Both the position numbers and the translations under genes were made by a program. The notes under the pieces were generated by a model. It did not search any database. It saw nothing but the letters and a program-made list of their open reading frames with translations, and was not told the origin of the DNA. From an uncultured archaeon (GTDB lineage Archaea > Thermoproteota > Nitrososphaeria > Nitrososphaerales > Gagatemarchaeaceae), in the NCBI GenBank assembly GCA_963817525.1, contig CAWFOU010000007.1, positions 160,001 to 224,000 of the forward strand: a stretch of 64,000 nucleotides of DNA. Direction: 5' to 3'. Below are positions 1 through 9,372 of this stretch, piece by piece. Numbering within the stretch: position 1 is the stretch's first letter; each line of letters opens with the position of its first letter.

Positions 1-32
1 GCGTCTCGGGTCGAGAAGGGGTTGGTAAGAAA

Positions 33-821
33 TTGGGCATGCTAGAAGGCAAGACTGCGGTGGTCTACGGGGCGGCAGGGGGCATTGGGAGCGCCACGGC
101 AAAGGCATTCGCAAGGGAGGGCGCGTTTGTCTTCCTTGCCGGCAGAACGCTGAAGTCGCTTGAATCGGTCGAAGCCCAAATTCGCGGGTCGGGAGGACTC
201 GCCGAGAGCGGGGTCGTCGATGCCCTTGACGAGCAATCGGTCGAGGACAATCTGTCGAAGTTGGTCAGAGACCGTGACGGGCTAGACGTGTCGTACAATC
301 TGATGTCGACCAACGTGGAGATGGGCGGGAGATTGGCAGAACTATCTGAGAAGCGGTTCTCCAAAGCCGCGTTCGACAGGGTCAGGTCGAATTTCGTCAC
401 CGCTACCGCCGCCGCGAGGGTCATGCAGAAACAAGGGGGCGGTGTCGTGATTGGACTGACGGCTAGCACCGGCAGATTTCCCCAGGCGGACACCGGTGGC
501 TTCTCAGTAGGGTGCGCCGCAATCGAGACACTTCTCAAACAGCTCGCCGTCGAGGTGGGCCCGTCGGGGGTCAGGGTCGTCTGCTTGAGGACGGGGGCCA
601 CACCGGAGAACCCTGTGCTGCAGCAGGTATACCAGCGGCTGGCCGAAGTAAGGGGAACGACAAAGGAAGTTGTGGAGAGAGCCGAAGCGGAGCACACCGC
701 CCTGAAGCGCTCTCCGCGCATAGCAGAGGTCGCCAACGCCGCCGTGCTCGTCGCATCAGATTACGCTAGCGCCATCACGGCGACCCCCGTGAATGCATCG
801 TGTGGGGAGCTCGTGGATTAG
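33..821 (+). CDS. SDR family NAD(P)-dependent oxidoreductase
   Basis: N-terminal GAAGGIG Rossmann motif and SDR-like C-terminus (ASAITATPVNASCG). The YxxxK motif appears degenerate (FSVGC). ATG at 39 is an alternative start. Confidence 0.85.
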   Translation: MGMLEGKTAVVYGAAGGIGSATAKAFAREGAFVFLAGRTLKSLESVEAQIRGSGGLAESGVVDALDEQSVEDNLSKLVRDRDGLDVSYNLMSTNVEMGGRLAELSEKRFSKAAFDRVRSNFVTATAAARVMQKQGGGVVIGLTASTGRFPQADTGGFSVGCAAIETLLKQLAVEVGPSGVRVVCLRTGATPENPVLQQVYQRLAEVRGTTKEVVERAEAEHTALKRSPRIAEVANAAVLVASDYASAITATPVNASCGELVD

Positions 822-1091
822 TATCAGCTGCACTTTCGAGCTGGACACCCACCAATTCGATGCCCCAATGGCGATATCGTACCCGTCCGCTTCCAGGCCC
901 CCGACGACGCTTCGGCCACCTCAGAGGAAGAGACGGACCACCCGGCCTTCTCGATGGGTTTACCCTTCATCTCTTGTGTCGTGGATCGTCGCAAGGATGA
1001 CCTTCTTGCACTTTGGCTTGGTCGTTGCTTCGGGCCGACGCAATCAATGGTTTAGCCTGCCTCTTTGGTGCTAGCCCTCCGCAAAGCTCGC

Positions 1092-1238
1092 TTAGGCGAC
1101 TACGACTCTTCTCTTCTGCTCGAGGTAGCCGCCACACACCGCGCACTTACCTGCAATCGTGAACGCACCCCAGTCCAGCCTTGAGATTGGGTAATCGATG
1201 TCCCTGAGCGCTCGACAGTTTGCACAGCGCGCCTTCAT
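1092..1238 (-). CDS. 48-aa zinc-ribbon microprotein (CxxC...CxxC)
   Basis: Hand-translated, below the ORF-track cutoff: MKARCANCRALRDIDYPISRLDWGAFTIAGKCAVCGGYLEQKRRVVVA. Confidence 0.6.
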   Translation of the reverse strand: MKARCANCRALRDIDYPISRLDWGAFTIAGKCAVCGGYLEQKRRVVVA

Positions 1239-1507
1239 TGAGCTTTGAACTTCCCGTCGTCAGAGTCAGGTCCGAAGAAGAATACCTTCTTCAACGACAT
1301 GTCACAAACTTCGTTACATATATCGCGAACGCAAGATTGTGCTAGAACCTTGTTACAGAGCTTTTCCTGCTAGGCTCCACTTCCGTAGAACCCCCACGTC
1401 AGGTTATACCAAGCAGGGGGGCAATGAGTCCGAGGAGCGCACAAGTCAATTATAGTGACGACGGGGCTAGAAACTCTGTGGCGAGCTCTTCGGGAGGATC
1501 AGGCCCT

Positions 1508-2446
1508 ATGAGCGGGAAAGTCGCATCCCTAGCGAATGGAGAGACGACCTGGGTGGACGTCACAGACCCCGGCCCCGCCGAATTGGCCACGCTGGCCCGC
1601 GACTACCATTTCCACCCTCTGGACCTGGAAGCCTACATCTCAACGGTCCATTTTACGAAGATGGAGGATCACGATGGGCATTTCTTCATCACACTGCAGG
1701 TCCCGGACCAGCCAGTCCCGGGCGCGATAGTCTCGAACCAGGTCATGATGTTCTTGGGAGCGGACTACTTGGTGACTCTACACTCCTCGAGTCTAAAGAC
1801 CGTGCAGACGTTGTTCCAGTCGTGCAAAGACGACGAGAAGCAGCGAAGCGCCATGATGAAGTCCTCGGCCTACTTGGCCTATAAGATAATTGACAGATTA
1901 GTCGATAGTGTCTTTTCGATTCTTAGCAGCGTCCAAACGAGCCTCGACAACATCGAGGCTGTTGTGTTCGATGAAAAGACCTCCTCCGCGCGCGCAATAA
2001 ACATCGCGCGTCGTCAGATAGCGATCTTGAGAAGGATCCTCTATCCTCTGGGGCTCTACATACCGGACCTAGCCAAGGCCCAGAAGTTCAGCAAGGAGGA
2101 CCTTACCATCTACTTCAGCGATGTCCGGCACAAGGTCGGGAAGCTCACTGCGACGGTGGACGAGATGAAGGAGATGGTAGAGATCTACAACGATACGGAC
2201 TTCACTATCGCAAGCGAACGGACGAATACCGTGCTTTCCTTCCTGACGATCATCTTCACGCTGACCCTCCCGGCCGCGGTGATAGCGGCGTTCTACGGGA
2301 TGAACATCCCCATCCCCGGCGCCCTGGATCCCGGAGCATGGGGGTCGCCCCTTGGACCTTTCACGTCGCTAATCTTCATCCTCGTCCTGATTCTCGTCCC
2401 GACCCTCGCCATGGCATCTTACTTCTGGCGCAGGGGCTGGTTCTAG
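1508..2446 (+). CDS. corA: CorA family Mg2+/Co2+ transporter
   Basis: TWVDV...HFHPLDLE N-terminal motif, YGMN signature, two C-terminal TM helices. The ORF opens at 1424; ATG 1508 is preferred. Confidence 0.93.
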   Translation: MSGKVASLANGETTWVDVTDPGPAELATLARDYHFHPLDLEAYISTVHFTKMEDHDGHFFITLQVPDQPVPGAIVSNQVMMFLGADYLVTLHSSSLKTVQTLFQSCKDDEKQRSAMMKSSAYLAYKIIDRLVDSVFSILSSVQTSLDNIEAVVFDEKTSSARAINIARRQIAILRRILYPLGLYIPDLAKAQKFSKEDLTIYFSDVRHKVGKLTATVDEMKEMVEIYNDTDFTIASERTNTVLSFLTIIFTLTLPAAVIAAFYGMNIPIPGALDPGAWGSPLGPFTSLIFILVLILVPTLAMASYFWRRGWF

Positions 2447-2639
2447 CTCCCAGCCATCACCTACCTCCAGAAGCCCGCCACTTCGTCGACGTGGTCGCCA
2501 GGGATGCGGCGTTCTGGGGATGCTGACGAACGGCGCAGCCGGGAGTCCCTCGAAGAGAGAGGCCCTTCACCACGGAGGCGAGTGCTCGGATGGATTGTCG
2601 ATAAGGAAGCGGTTTTGGGTCAATTCCGGCTAGTTGTGC

Positions 2640-3029
2640 CTACTCGTCGACCCGTTTCAGCGAGGCGGAGTTTATGCAGTACCTGAGGCCGGTCGGAGCG
2701 GGACCGTCGCCGAACACGTGACCAAGGTGCGAGCCGCATTTCGCGCATTGGACCTCCGTCCTCTTCATGAAAAAGAAACTGCGATCCGACTCCTCTCTTA
2801 TGCCTCCTTTCTCTATCGGTTTCCAGAAGCTGGGCCAGCCGGTCCCAGAATCGAACTTGGTCTCCGAGTCGAAGAGGGGGTTCCCGCAGACCACGCAATT
2901 GTATATCCCCTTTTCGTGGCTGTCCCAATATTCTCCCGTGAACGGCATCTCGGTCCCCTTCTTGACGCAGACGCTGAATTGCTGAGGCGTCAGTCGCAGC
3001 TTTAGCTTCGCCTCTTCTTCCTTTTGCAT
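2640..3029 (-). CDS. msrB: Peptide-methionine (R)-S-oxide reductase
   Basis: [25 protein letters not shown] and LRYCINS motifs, plus two Zn-binding CxxC. Confidence 0.97.
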   Translation of the reverse strand: MQKEEEAKLKLRLTPQQFSVCVKKGTEMPFTGEYWDSHEKGIYNCVVCGNPLFDSETKFDSGTGWPSFWKPIEKGGIREESDRSFFFMKRTEVQCAKCGSHLGHVFGDGPAPTGLRYCINSASLKRVDE

Positions 3030-3105
3030 ACATGAAAAGCGTCACCCGGAATCGTATAAGGTTTGGCCAAACTGGCTTCGTCGCAAAAGGCGCGGCGGGC
3101 GCCTT

Positions 3106-3684
3106 CTACCCGACGGGCTCGCCAAGTGTGGCAAGAATCTTCTTCGCCGCCTCCTCTGGAGAGGTCGCTCGCGAATCGATGACCAGCGCGTCTCTGGGCG
3201 GCTCGAACGAGCTCCAGAGCCTCATGAAGCTCTCACGCGAGACCCGTGGGTTCTTCTGCGCGTTCCTCTGGAAGGCGAGGACCGGGTCGCACCAAGCCCA
3301 AACCACGAGCCGCGACTCGCACAACTTGGCAAGCTTGGTGATCGCCTCGCGCCTGAATTCCTCCTTGGCGAACGTGGCGACCAGCACCACGTCAAACTTG
3401 TGTCTGAGGGCCTGCTCCGCCACGGCGATCGCGCTGCGGTAGACGAACCTCGACTCTCCCGACGCATATGGAGGCTTCGCGACCATGCTCCTGATCACGT
3501 CGGTCTCGATATGGACGCACCTTTCGAGCCTCGCCCCTATCGCCAAGGCTATGCTGGTCTTGCCGCTGCCGGCGATCCCGCATAGTAGTATGAGACGTCC
3601 GCGGCGCGCGGGAGCGGCGGCAGCCTTCGTTTTCCCTGCTTGCGATTGGGCTGGGCCGGTCCCCGCGGGCTCAGGTTGAAACAT
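3106..3684 (-). CDS. AAA_33-type P-loop kinase
   Basis: Walker A GIAGSGKT with small-molecule/nucleotide kinase-like size and pattern. Confidence 0.8.
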   Translation of the reverse strand: MFQPEPAGTGPAQSQAGKTKAAAAPARRGRLILLCGIAGSGKTSIALAIGARLERCVHIETDVIRSMVAKPPYASGESRFVYRSAIAVAEQALRHKFDVVLVATFAKEEFRREAITKLAKLCESRLVVWAWCDPVLAFQRNAQKNPRVSRESFMRLWSSFEPPRDALVIDSRATSPEEAAKKILATLGEPVG

Positions 3685-3889
3685 CGATTCATCTCTCCTA
3701 TCTTTTCTCGCGCATATCAGGACTGAAGAGCTTGGACTGCGATAGTGAGAAGGTCAGGCGCAATCCCAGTTTCTCTCCTCCTCGCTCCCCACTAGATTGT
3801 CTCTCGGAGGACCTTTTCAGTCTTCTCGCAAATTCCACGTTCCGAACCCACCCACGAGCGTGTCCGTCGGGTCGTTGGTTTCAATCAGC

Positions 3890-4231
3890 CTACTTGTAAT
3901 ACCTGAACTCGAGAATCAAGCAAGTCTTCAGGCACTTGAAGGGCCCGTGCGGTTCGCCTGGCTTGTGGAACACGTACGCCCCGCCTTTGATTGTCTTCCC
4001 GGTCTTGGTGTTCAGCATCTCCCCTTCCAGATAGTACGCCTCTTCGTAGAACTCGTGCTTTACAGGCTGAGCAAATTCCACCCCTCCCTTTACTCGAAGG
4101 ACGTGCGTGTAGCTCCCATCTTTGTGCCGGTGCAGCACGATCTCGTCGACTCCTTCGGGCTCGCCCTTCGCTCGCCTCCATCCCGCTCGGTCAGAATTGA
4201 ACTCGAAATACGCCCCGGCCTTGATTGCCAT
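3890..4231 (-). CDS. ChrR-like cupin protein
   Basis: HEFYEEAYYLEG and HKPGEPHGPF cupin motifs. Confidence 0.8.
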   Translation of the reverse strand: MAIKAGAYFEFNSDRAGWRRAKGEPEGVDEIVLHRHKDGSYTHVLRVKGGVEFAQPVKHEFYEEAYYLEGEMLNTKTGKTIKGGAYVFHKPGEPHGPFKCLKTCLILEFRYYK

Positions 4232-4302
4232 GCCCCGCGTTCTTCGAGCGCCCTAAAAAGCGGGACGCCAAGCCCCAAGAGCGATCGGCTTGACCCGAAG
4301 CT

Positions 4303-5346
4303 TCAGGCCTGGGCGGAGAGTTCCTCGACGGCCTCCATAAGCACCCCCTTCGCCACGTCGACCTGGTAGGCGTTGTTCTCCAGTGGGGTGGCCGCAGAGA
4401 GGGCCGGGCCGGCAGCTTGCTCGGGCGTGATCGACGAGAGGATGCTCCCGTTCAGCATCGCTTCGACCGCCGAGTCCCTGTACGGCGCAGGAGCTATCCC
4501 TCCGAAGACCACCCGCGCGTCCTCCACCGTGCCCCCGTCCATTGAGAGAGTGACCGCCACGCTCGCGATGCCAAAGTCGACGGCGTTCCTTATCTTGGAC
4601 TTTACGAACGTCGACAGTAAGCCCTGCGGCGAGGGAGGGATGTTCACGGCCGTGACCAGCTCGGTCGGAAGGAGGATGTGCGACTGGAGCACCCCGCCCA
4701 CCCAGACGTTGCCCGGGAGGAACTCGGCCAGCGGCACGCTCTTGGTCCCGTATCCCCCGGCGACCACCACGGAGACGTCGAGCGCCTCGAGGCAGACCGC
4801 GAGGTCAGAGGGGTGGGCCGCGTAGCAGTCGTCGCCGCCCATGACGCTCATGTAGTACCTGTTGTCCGCGCCCGGTTGGGTCGCATAGCAGATGGACCCG
4901 CCAGCCCTCCAGCACCTCAGCGCGTTCCTCAGGAACGGACACCACACCTGCTGGGCGAGGGCGCCCCCCACAGTGGCGACGTTCCTCACCTGCGGCGAGG
5001 ATATCTCTCCGGAGACCTGGCTCAGCAGCGGGTAGTTCTCCGAGATGACCTCGGAGCTCTCGATGTCCCCGACGGTCACGAGCGACCCCATCGAGAGGCC
5101 GGCCGTCGGGTCGAAGGTGAGCTGGCCCAGCTCTGCGATCTTCTTGATGTCCACGACCACCTCGGGCGGGGAGGGCATCGCGTCCCTCTTCATCATGTAG
5201 AGGAGGTCCGAGCCGCCCGCCATCACCTTCGCCTTGCTCCCGTACTCCGCCAGCAAAGACATCGCCTCCGAGAGAGTGGTGGGAGCGACGTAGCTGAACG
5301 GGGGGAGCGTCCTGGGGGTGAGCTCGGGAAGGAGGCCGTCGGACAC
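4303..5346 (-). CDS. Molybdenum hydroxylase FAD-binding subunit with [4Fe-4S]-type Cys insert (PaoB/HcrB-like)
   Basis: AGGSDL and QVRNVATVGG motifs; Cys insert WCPF..RCW..SIC..DCYAAHPSD. Confidence 0.9.
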   Translation of the reverse strand: MSDGLLPELTPRTLPPFSYVAPTTLSEAMSLLAEYGSKAKVMAGGSDLLYMMKRDAMPSPPEVVVDIKKIAELGQLTFDPTAGLSMGSLVTVGDIESSEVISENYPLLSQVSGEISSPQVRNVATVGGALAQQVWCPFLRNALRCWRAGGSICYATQPGADNRYYMSVMGGDDCYAAHPSDLAVCLEALDVSVVVAGGYGTKSVPLAEFLPGNVWVGGVLQSHILLPTELVTAVNIPPSPQGLLSTFVKSKIRNAVDFGIASVAVTLSMDGGTVEDARVVFGGIAPAPYRDSAVEAMLNGSILSSITPEQAAGPALSAATPLENNAYQVDVAKGVLMEAVEELSAQA

Positions 5347-5347
5347 G

Positions 5348-7636
5348 CTACTGGCCTCCGCCCGTCTTCAGGGCCTCGAGCACCATTTGCGGGGTTATGG
5401 GGATGGAGGTGAACCTGACGCCTATGGCGTTCGCTATCGCGTTCCTGATCGCGGAGTGCGTGCAGATGATCATGCTCTCCCCCGCCCCCTTGGCTCCGAA
5501 GGGCCCCCGGGGGTCGGGGTTCTCGATGGAGATGGGCACCATGTCGGGGACGTCCATCGTCGTAGGGACCTTGTAATAGAGCCAGTCCCGCGTGATGGAC
5601 TGGGCCGTCGTCACGTCCACGACGTAGTCCTCGAGAAGGCCGTAGCCCAAGCCTTGTATGGCGGCGCCCTGCATCTGCCCCTCGGCGGCTAGCGGGTTTA
5701 TCACCTGGCCGTAGTCCTGGACCATGGTCAGCTTCTTCACGTCTATCTTCCCGGTCCACAGGTTGACCTGGACCTCGGCGAAGCATGTCCCGAACTGGAA
5801 GCCCGACTTGCTGGTCTGGGCCGTCTGGGTGTACTGGCCTGACCCTTGCACGCCCGCCCCTCCAGGCGCGCCCTGCGCGACCTGGGAGAAGCTGGCGCTT
5901 CGGCTCGAGCCGTTGACCATGACCTGGCTGTTGTTGGTCGCGAGCTGGTCGGGCGTGGTGCCCAGCAGTCCGGCCGCCGCGGTCAGGAGGTTCTGCTTCG
6001 CGTTCGCGGCTGCCGCCTTGGCCGCGTTCCCCGCGATGAAGGTCGTACGGCTCCCGAAGCTCCCCAGGGCCGGGGCCGCGGGGTAGTTCGTATCGCCGAG
6101 GAGGACTGTGATATCGTCGAGGGCCGCTCCGAGCTCTTCCGCGACTATCATCGACAAGGTCGTCGCCTGCCCGCCGCCCAGGTCAGACGTCCCCATCGTC
6201 ACCTCGACCTGGCCGCTTGGTCCGATGGTGATCGAGACGTTCGCGGTGTCGGGCTTGTGGCCGAACCCGTAAGTGAGAAGCGCCATCCCCAGGCCCGTGC
6301 GCTTGTGCCCGGTGGAGCTCACGGGGCCTGCGGCGCTCCACCTCGCCGTCCAGTCGGTCGCGGCCATCCCCTTCTCGATGGCCTCCATGAAGGCCGAGCC
6401 GCCCACCTGGGAAAAGTCGACGGGCTCGTCCTCTATCTCGAGCACGTCGTCGGGCCTTATGCAGTTCATGTATTGCAGGGCGGTCGGATCCATCCCGAGC
6501 TGCGCGGCCAGGTCGTCCATGGCCGACTGGACCGCGAAGTTCGACTGCACCCCCCCGTACCCCCTGAACGCGCCGGCGGGGGGGTTGTCCGTGAAGACGG
6601 CGTAGGTGGTATAGCTCAGGTTGGGGCAGCGGTAGCCATTGAAGAGCGCCCTTGCGGCGACGTAGGGGACGGACGAGCCGCCCGCAAGGTAGGCGCCCTT
6701 GTCAAAGGTCGCCTGGAGGTCGATGGCAGTGATGGTGCCGTCGCTCGTCGCGCCCAGCTTCACGGTGAAGCTCGCGGCATGCCGCTTGTTGGGGGACCCC
6801 TCGAATGCGTAGTCCGGGGGCATCACCATCTTGACCGGGCGCGAGGTCTTCTGCGCGAGGACGGCGGCGAGCGGGATGTACCTCCAGAGGTTGTCCTCCC
6901 CGAACCCTCCCCCCAGATACTGGGAGACCACCCTCACGTTCTGCGTTGGTATCCCCAGGAGGGTGGCAAGCTCTCCCTGCCTCACGAAGATCACCTGGCT
7001 GTCGGTGTAGACCGTGAGGTTGTCTCCTTCCCACTCCGCCAGGGCCGAGGACGACCTGAGGGAGGCGGCGGGTTGGGGCGGCACCTGGTACTGGCCTTGG
7101 AAGACCACGTCGGCCTGGGCGAACCCCGCGTCGACGTCGCCCCTCGCCATGACGAGGGGCGAGTAGGCCGTCTGGACGTTCCCGGGGAACCATGGCGACT
7201 CGACGTCGGGGGCGCCGGGGTTCATGGTGGTCGCGGCGTCGAGGTTGAAGGGGAGCGGCTGGTATTGAACGTCGACGAGCTTTGCCGCGGCGTCCGCAAT
7301 CTCGGCTGTCTCCGCTGCGATCGCGGCGACCTCGTCCCCTACGAACCTGACGCCGTTGTCCGCGGCCCCGGCCAGGACCCTGAGGTCGTAGGAGAGGAGG
7401 GGAGGGAAAGGTACCTCGGGGACGTCCTTTCCCGTGATGACCGCCTTGACGCCCGGGAGGGCTTCGGCCTTCGAGGCGTCTATGCTGAGGATGGTAGCCC
7501 TGGGTTGCGTGCTCCTCACCACCCGCCCGATGAGCATGTTCGGCCTCGTGAGGTCGATGGTGTACTGGGCGGTCCCGGTCACCCTCTGGGGGCCGCGGAC
7601 GTCGGGGACGTTAGTCCCCACAACGGAGTTGCTCAA
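5348..7636 (-). CDS. Xanthine dehydrogenase family molybdopterin-binding large subunit
   Basis: GGGFG, AFRGYG, GSFGSRT and GAKGAGE motifs. TTG start at 7636 overlaps the upstream TGA (TTGA coupling). Confidence 0.93.
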   Translation of the reverse strand: MSNSVVGTNVPDVRGPQRVTGTAQYTIDLTRPNMLIGRVVRSTQPRATILSIDASKAEALPGVKAVITGKDVPEVPFPPLLSYDLRVLAGAADNGVRFVGDEVAAIAAETAEIADAAAKLVDVQYQPLPFNLDAATTMNPGAPDVESPWFPGNVQTAYSPLVMARGDVDAGFAQADVVFQGQYQVPPQPAASLRSSSALAEWEGDNLTVYTDSQVIFVRQGELATLLGIPTQNVRVVSQYLGGGFGEDNLWRYIPLAAVLAQKTSRPVKMVMPPDYAFEGSPNKRHAASFTVKLGATSDGTITAIDLQATFDKGAYLAGGSSVPYVAARALFNGYRCPNLSYTTYAVFTDNPPAGAFRGYGGVQSNFAVQSAMDDLAAQLGMDPTALQYMNCIRPDDVLEIEDEPVDFSQVGGSAFMEAIEKGMAATDWTARWSAAGPVSSTGHKRTGLGMALLTYGFGHKPDTANVSITIGPSGQVEVTMGTSDLGGGQATTLSMIVAEELGAALDDITVLLGDTNYPAAPALGSFGSRTTFIAGNAAKAAAANAKQNLLTAAAGLLGTTPDQLATNNSQVMVNGSSRSASFSQVAQGAPGGAGVQGSGQYTQTAQTSKSGFQFGTCFAEVQVNLWTGKIDVKKLTMVQDYGQVINPLAAEGQMQGAAIQGLGYGLLEDYVVDVTTAQSITRDWLYYKVPTTMDVPDMVPISIENPDPRGPFGAKGAGESMIICTHSAIRNAIANAIGVRFTSIPITPQMVLEALKTGGGQ

Positions 7637-8244
7637 TCCGAGTCGCTCCCTTGGGCGGCCGCGAGGACGGCGTTTGTGATGTGGGGGTAGCTGCCGCAGC
7701 GACATATGTTGCCCGAGAGGCCTTCGCACACCTCGGCGGCGGTCGGGTGAGGGTTCGACTCAAGGAGGGCGGTGGCCGCGACGATAAAGCCCGGCGTGCA
7801 ATAGCCGCACTGGAAGGCCCCCTCGTCGATGAACGCCTGCTGGAGGGGGCTCAGCGACCCAAGCGAGCCAAGGCCTTCTATCGTCGTGACCTTGCGGCCG
7901 TCGGCCTCGACCGCCAGCCTCTGGCACGAATAGACGGGCGTACCGTCGAGGAGGACCGTGCACGTGCCGCACGAGCTGTTCGAGCACCCCGGCTTCGTCC
8001 CCGTGAGGCCCAGGTCCTCCCTCAGGAGGCCGAGGAGCGTCGAGTTCGCGGCGACCTGGAGCTGGTGGTCTGCGCCGTTCACGTTGACCTTGATGCTCTT
8101 TGAAGCCTCCGGCGCGGAGGAAGGCAACACGGAGTCTAGGGCGGCCCTGCCCGACGACGTGCCCGTGAGCCACGCCACGGCTCCGACCACGGCCGCCGCG
8201 CTCCCCGCGAAAAGCTTCAAGAAATTCCTCCTGGAAATCCTCAA
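7633..8244 (-). CDS. Molybdenum hydroxylase 2x[2Fe-2S] subunit with Tat signal peptide (PaoA-like)
   Basis: SRRNFLK followed by a hydrophobic region; GCSNSSCGTC, QCGYC and CRC motifs. Confidence 0.93.
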   Translation of the reverse strand: MRISRRNFLKLFAGSAAAVVGAVAWLTGTSSGRAALDSVLPSSAPEASKSIKVNVNGADHQLQVAANSTLLGLLREDLGLTGTKPGCSNSSCGTCTVLLDGTPVYSCQRLAVEADGRKVTTIEGLGSLGSLSPLQQAFIDEGAFQCGYCTPGFIVAATALLESNPHPTAAEVCEGLSGNICRCGSYPHITNAVLAAAQGSDSD

Positions 8245-8305
8245 AGTGAAGAGTCGATGGCATTTCGGCTGATAATGTATCTTTCGAAGGGGGACGGAGA
8301 CCGGG

Positions 8306-9139
8306 TCAGTCCGCGCTGCCGCCGGCGCCAGGCTTCCTCCATTCGCGATATTCTCCGATGACGCGAAAGCCCATCTTCTCGTAGATGGGTCGCCCCATCT
8401 TGCTCGCCTGCAGATAGCCCAGCGTGCAACCGGCCGCGCGGCCGTCCGAGACGGCCCGCCACGCCATCGCCTCCCCGAAGCCCCTTCGTCGGAATTCCGG
8501 GAGGGTGCTGACGAAGTAGATCCCCGCGACGTCGCCTGTCCTTATCCGGACCGAGGTGGCTGCGGGCTTCCGGCCGGCGTACCCGACGTAGTTCGCGCCG
8601 TGGACCCAAGGGCCCGAGGCTCCGGCGAGAATTGAGGGCTTCCAGGAGTGGAAGAAGTCGGGGGCGACCCCGAACCCGAGGGCTCCGGTCGTCAGGTGGT
8701 CATCGACCTCCTTCGGGGTGGTGGCGAGCCTGACCTCGAGCGCCTTTGGAGGGCGAGGGTGGGAGTCTGGGATCGGGTCTAGGACCATACCCGGGATGAC
8801 CTCCATCTCCGTGAGGCCCGCCTCCTGTATGACCGGGTCAAGCTCGTCCGAGGTCCCTGGCAGCGTCAGGACCTGGAACTCCGTTCGGGTCCGCGAGAAG
8901 ACCCTCTCGATCCCCTCTCTCACCTGGGCGATGGATTTGGGATGGTCGAGCCCGAACACCCAGTTGAAGCCTGGCCCTGGCATCTCGCCGCGCACGGCAG
9001 TCAGGCCCCCGATTTGCTCAACTATGCCGCCGGGGACAACCCGGGCCACCGTCTCGAAGGCGACGACGAGGTTATCGTGGCATGATCCCAGCAGCGATGA
9101 CGGCCCATCGCCAACCTTGCCGACCATCATCGGAATCAC
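8306..9139 (-). CDS. GNAT family N-acetyltransferase
   Basis: VSTLPEFRRRGFG motif A and LQASKMGRPIYEKMGF. Confidence 0.88.
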   Translation of the reverse strand: MIPMMVGKVGDGPSSLLGSCHDNLVVAFETVARVVPGGIVEQIGGLTAVRGEMPGPGFNWVFGLDHPKSIAQVREGIERVFSRTRTEFQVLTLPGTSDELDPVIQEAGLTEMEVIPGMVLDPIPDSHPRPPKALEVRLATTPKEVDDHLTTGALGFGVAPDFFHSWKPSILAGASGPWVHGANYVGYAGRKPAATSVRIRTGDVAGIYFVSTLPEFRRRGFGEAMAWRAVSDGRAAGCTLGYLQASKMGRPIYEKMGFRVIGEYREWRKPGAGGSAD

Positions 9140-9372
9140 GACAAGCGGGTTTAAATAGGAGTGCCTCGCTATATCAGCTCGAGTTCCAAGGTCGAAAAAG
9201 GCGTGGAACGGACGTAGAGCAGGAGGGAGAACCGTGAAAGCGGTTGCTCCTTTCTTGACTCGCGGAATTTTACTTTAGCTCAAACTGGGAAGGCTGCGTC
9301 ATTTCGTTACACCCTGCGACGAACTCGGGTCGCCTGAAGGATTTAAGCCGCAGCAAAGGCCGTCTCGGACTC

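Noticed and set aside
822-1075. Possible decayed gene after the SDR
   Set aside because: Multiple stops and no recognisable homology.
5348-7636. Aerobic CO dehydrogenase (form I coxL)
   Set aside because: Lacks the AYXCSFR motif and has AFRGYG instead.
5846-7690. 614-aa plus-strand ORF, and similar long shadow ORFs at 15316-17523, 27079-28788 and 32811-33971
   Set aside because: Antisense or alternate-frame shadows of well-supported genes; Arg/Gly/Pro-rich, as expected in high-GC DNA.
7637-7729. N-terminal extension of the Mo subunit
   Set aside because: Overlaps the FeS subunit gene; the TTGA-coupled start at 7636 fits better.
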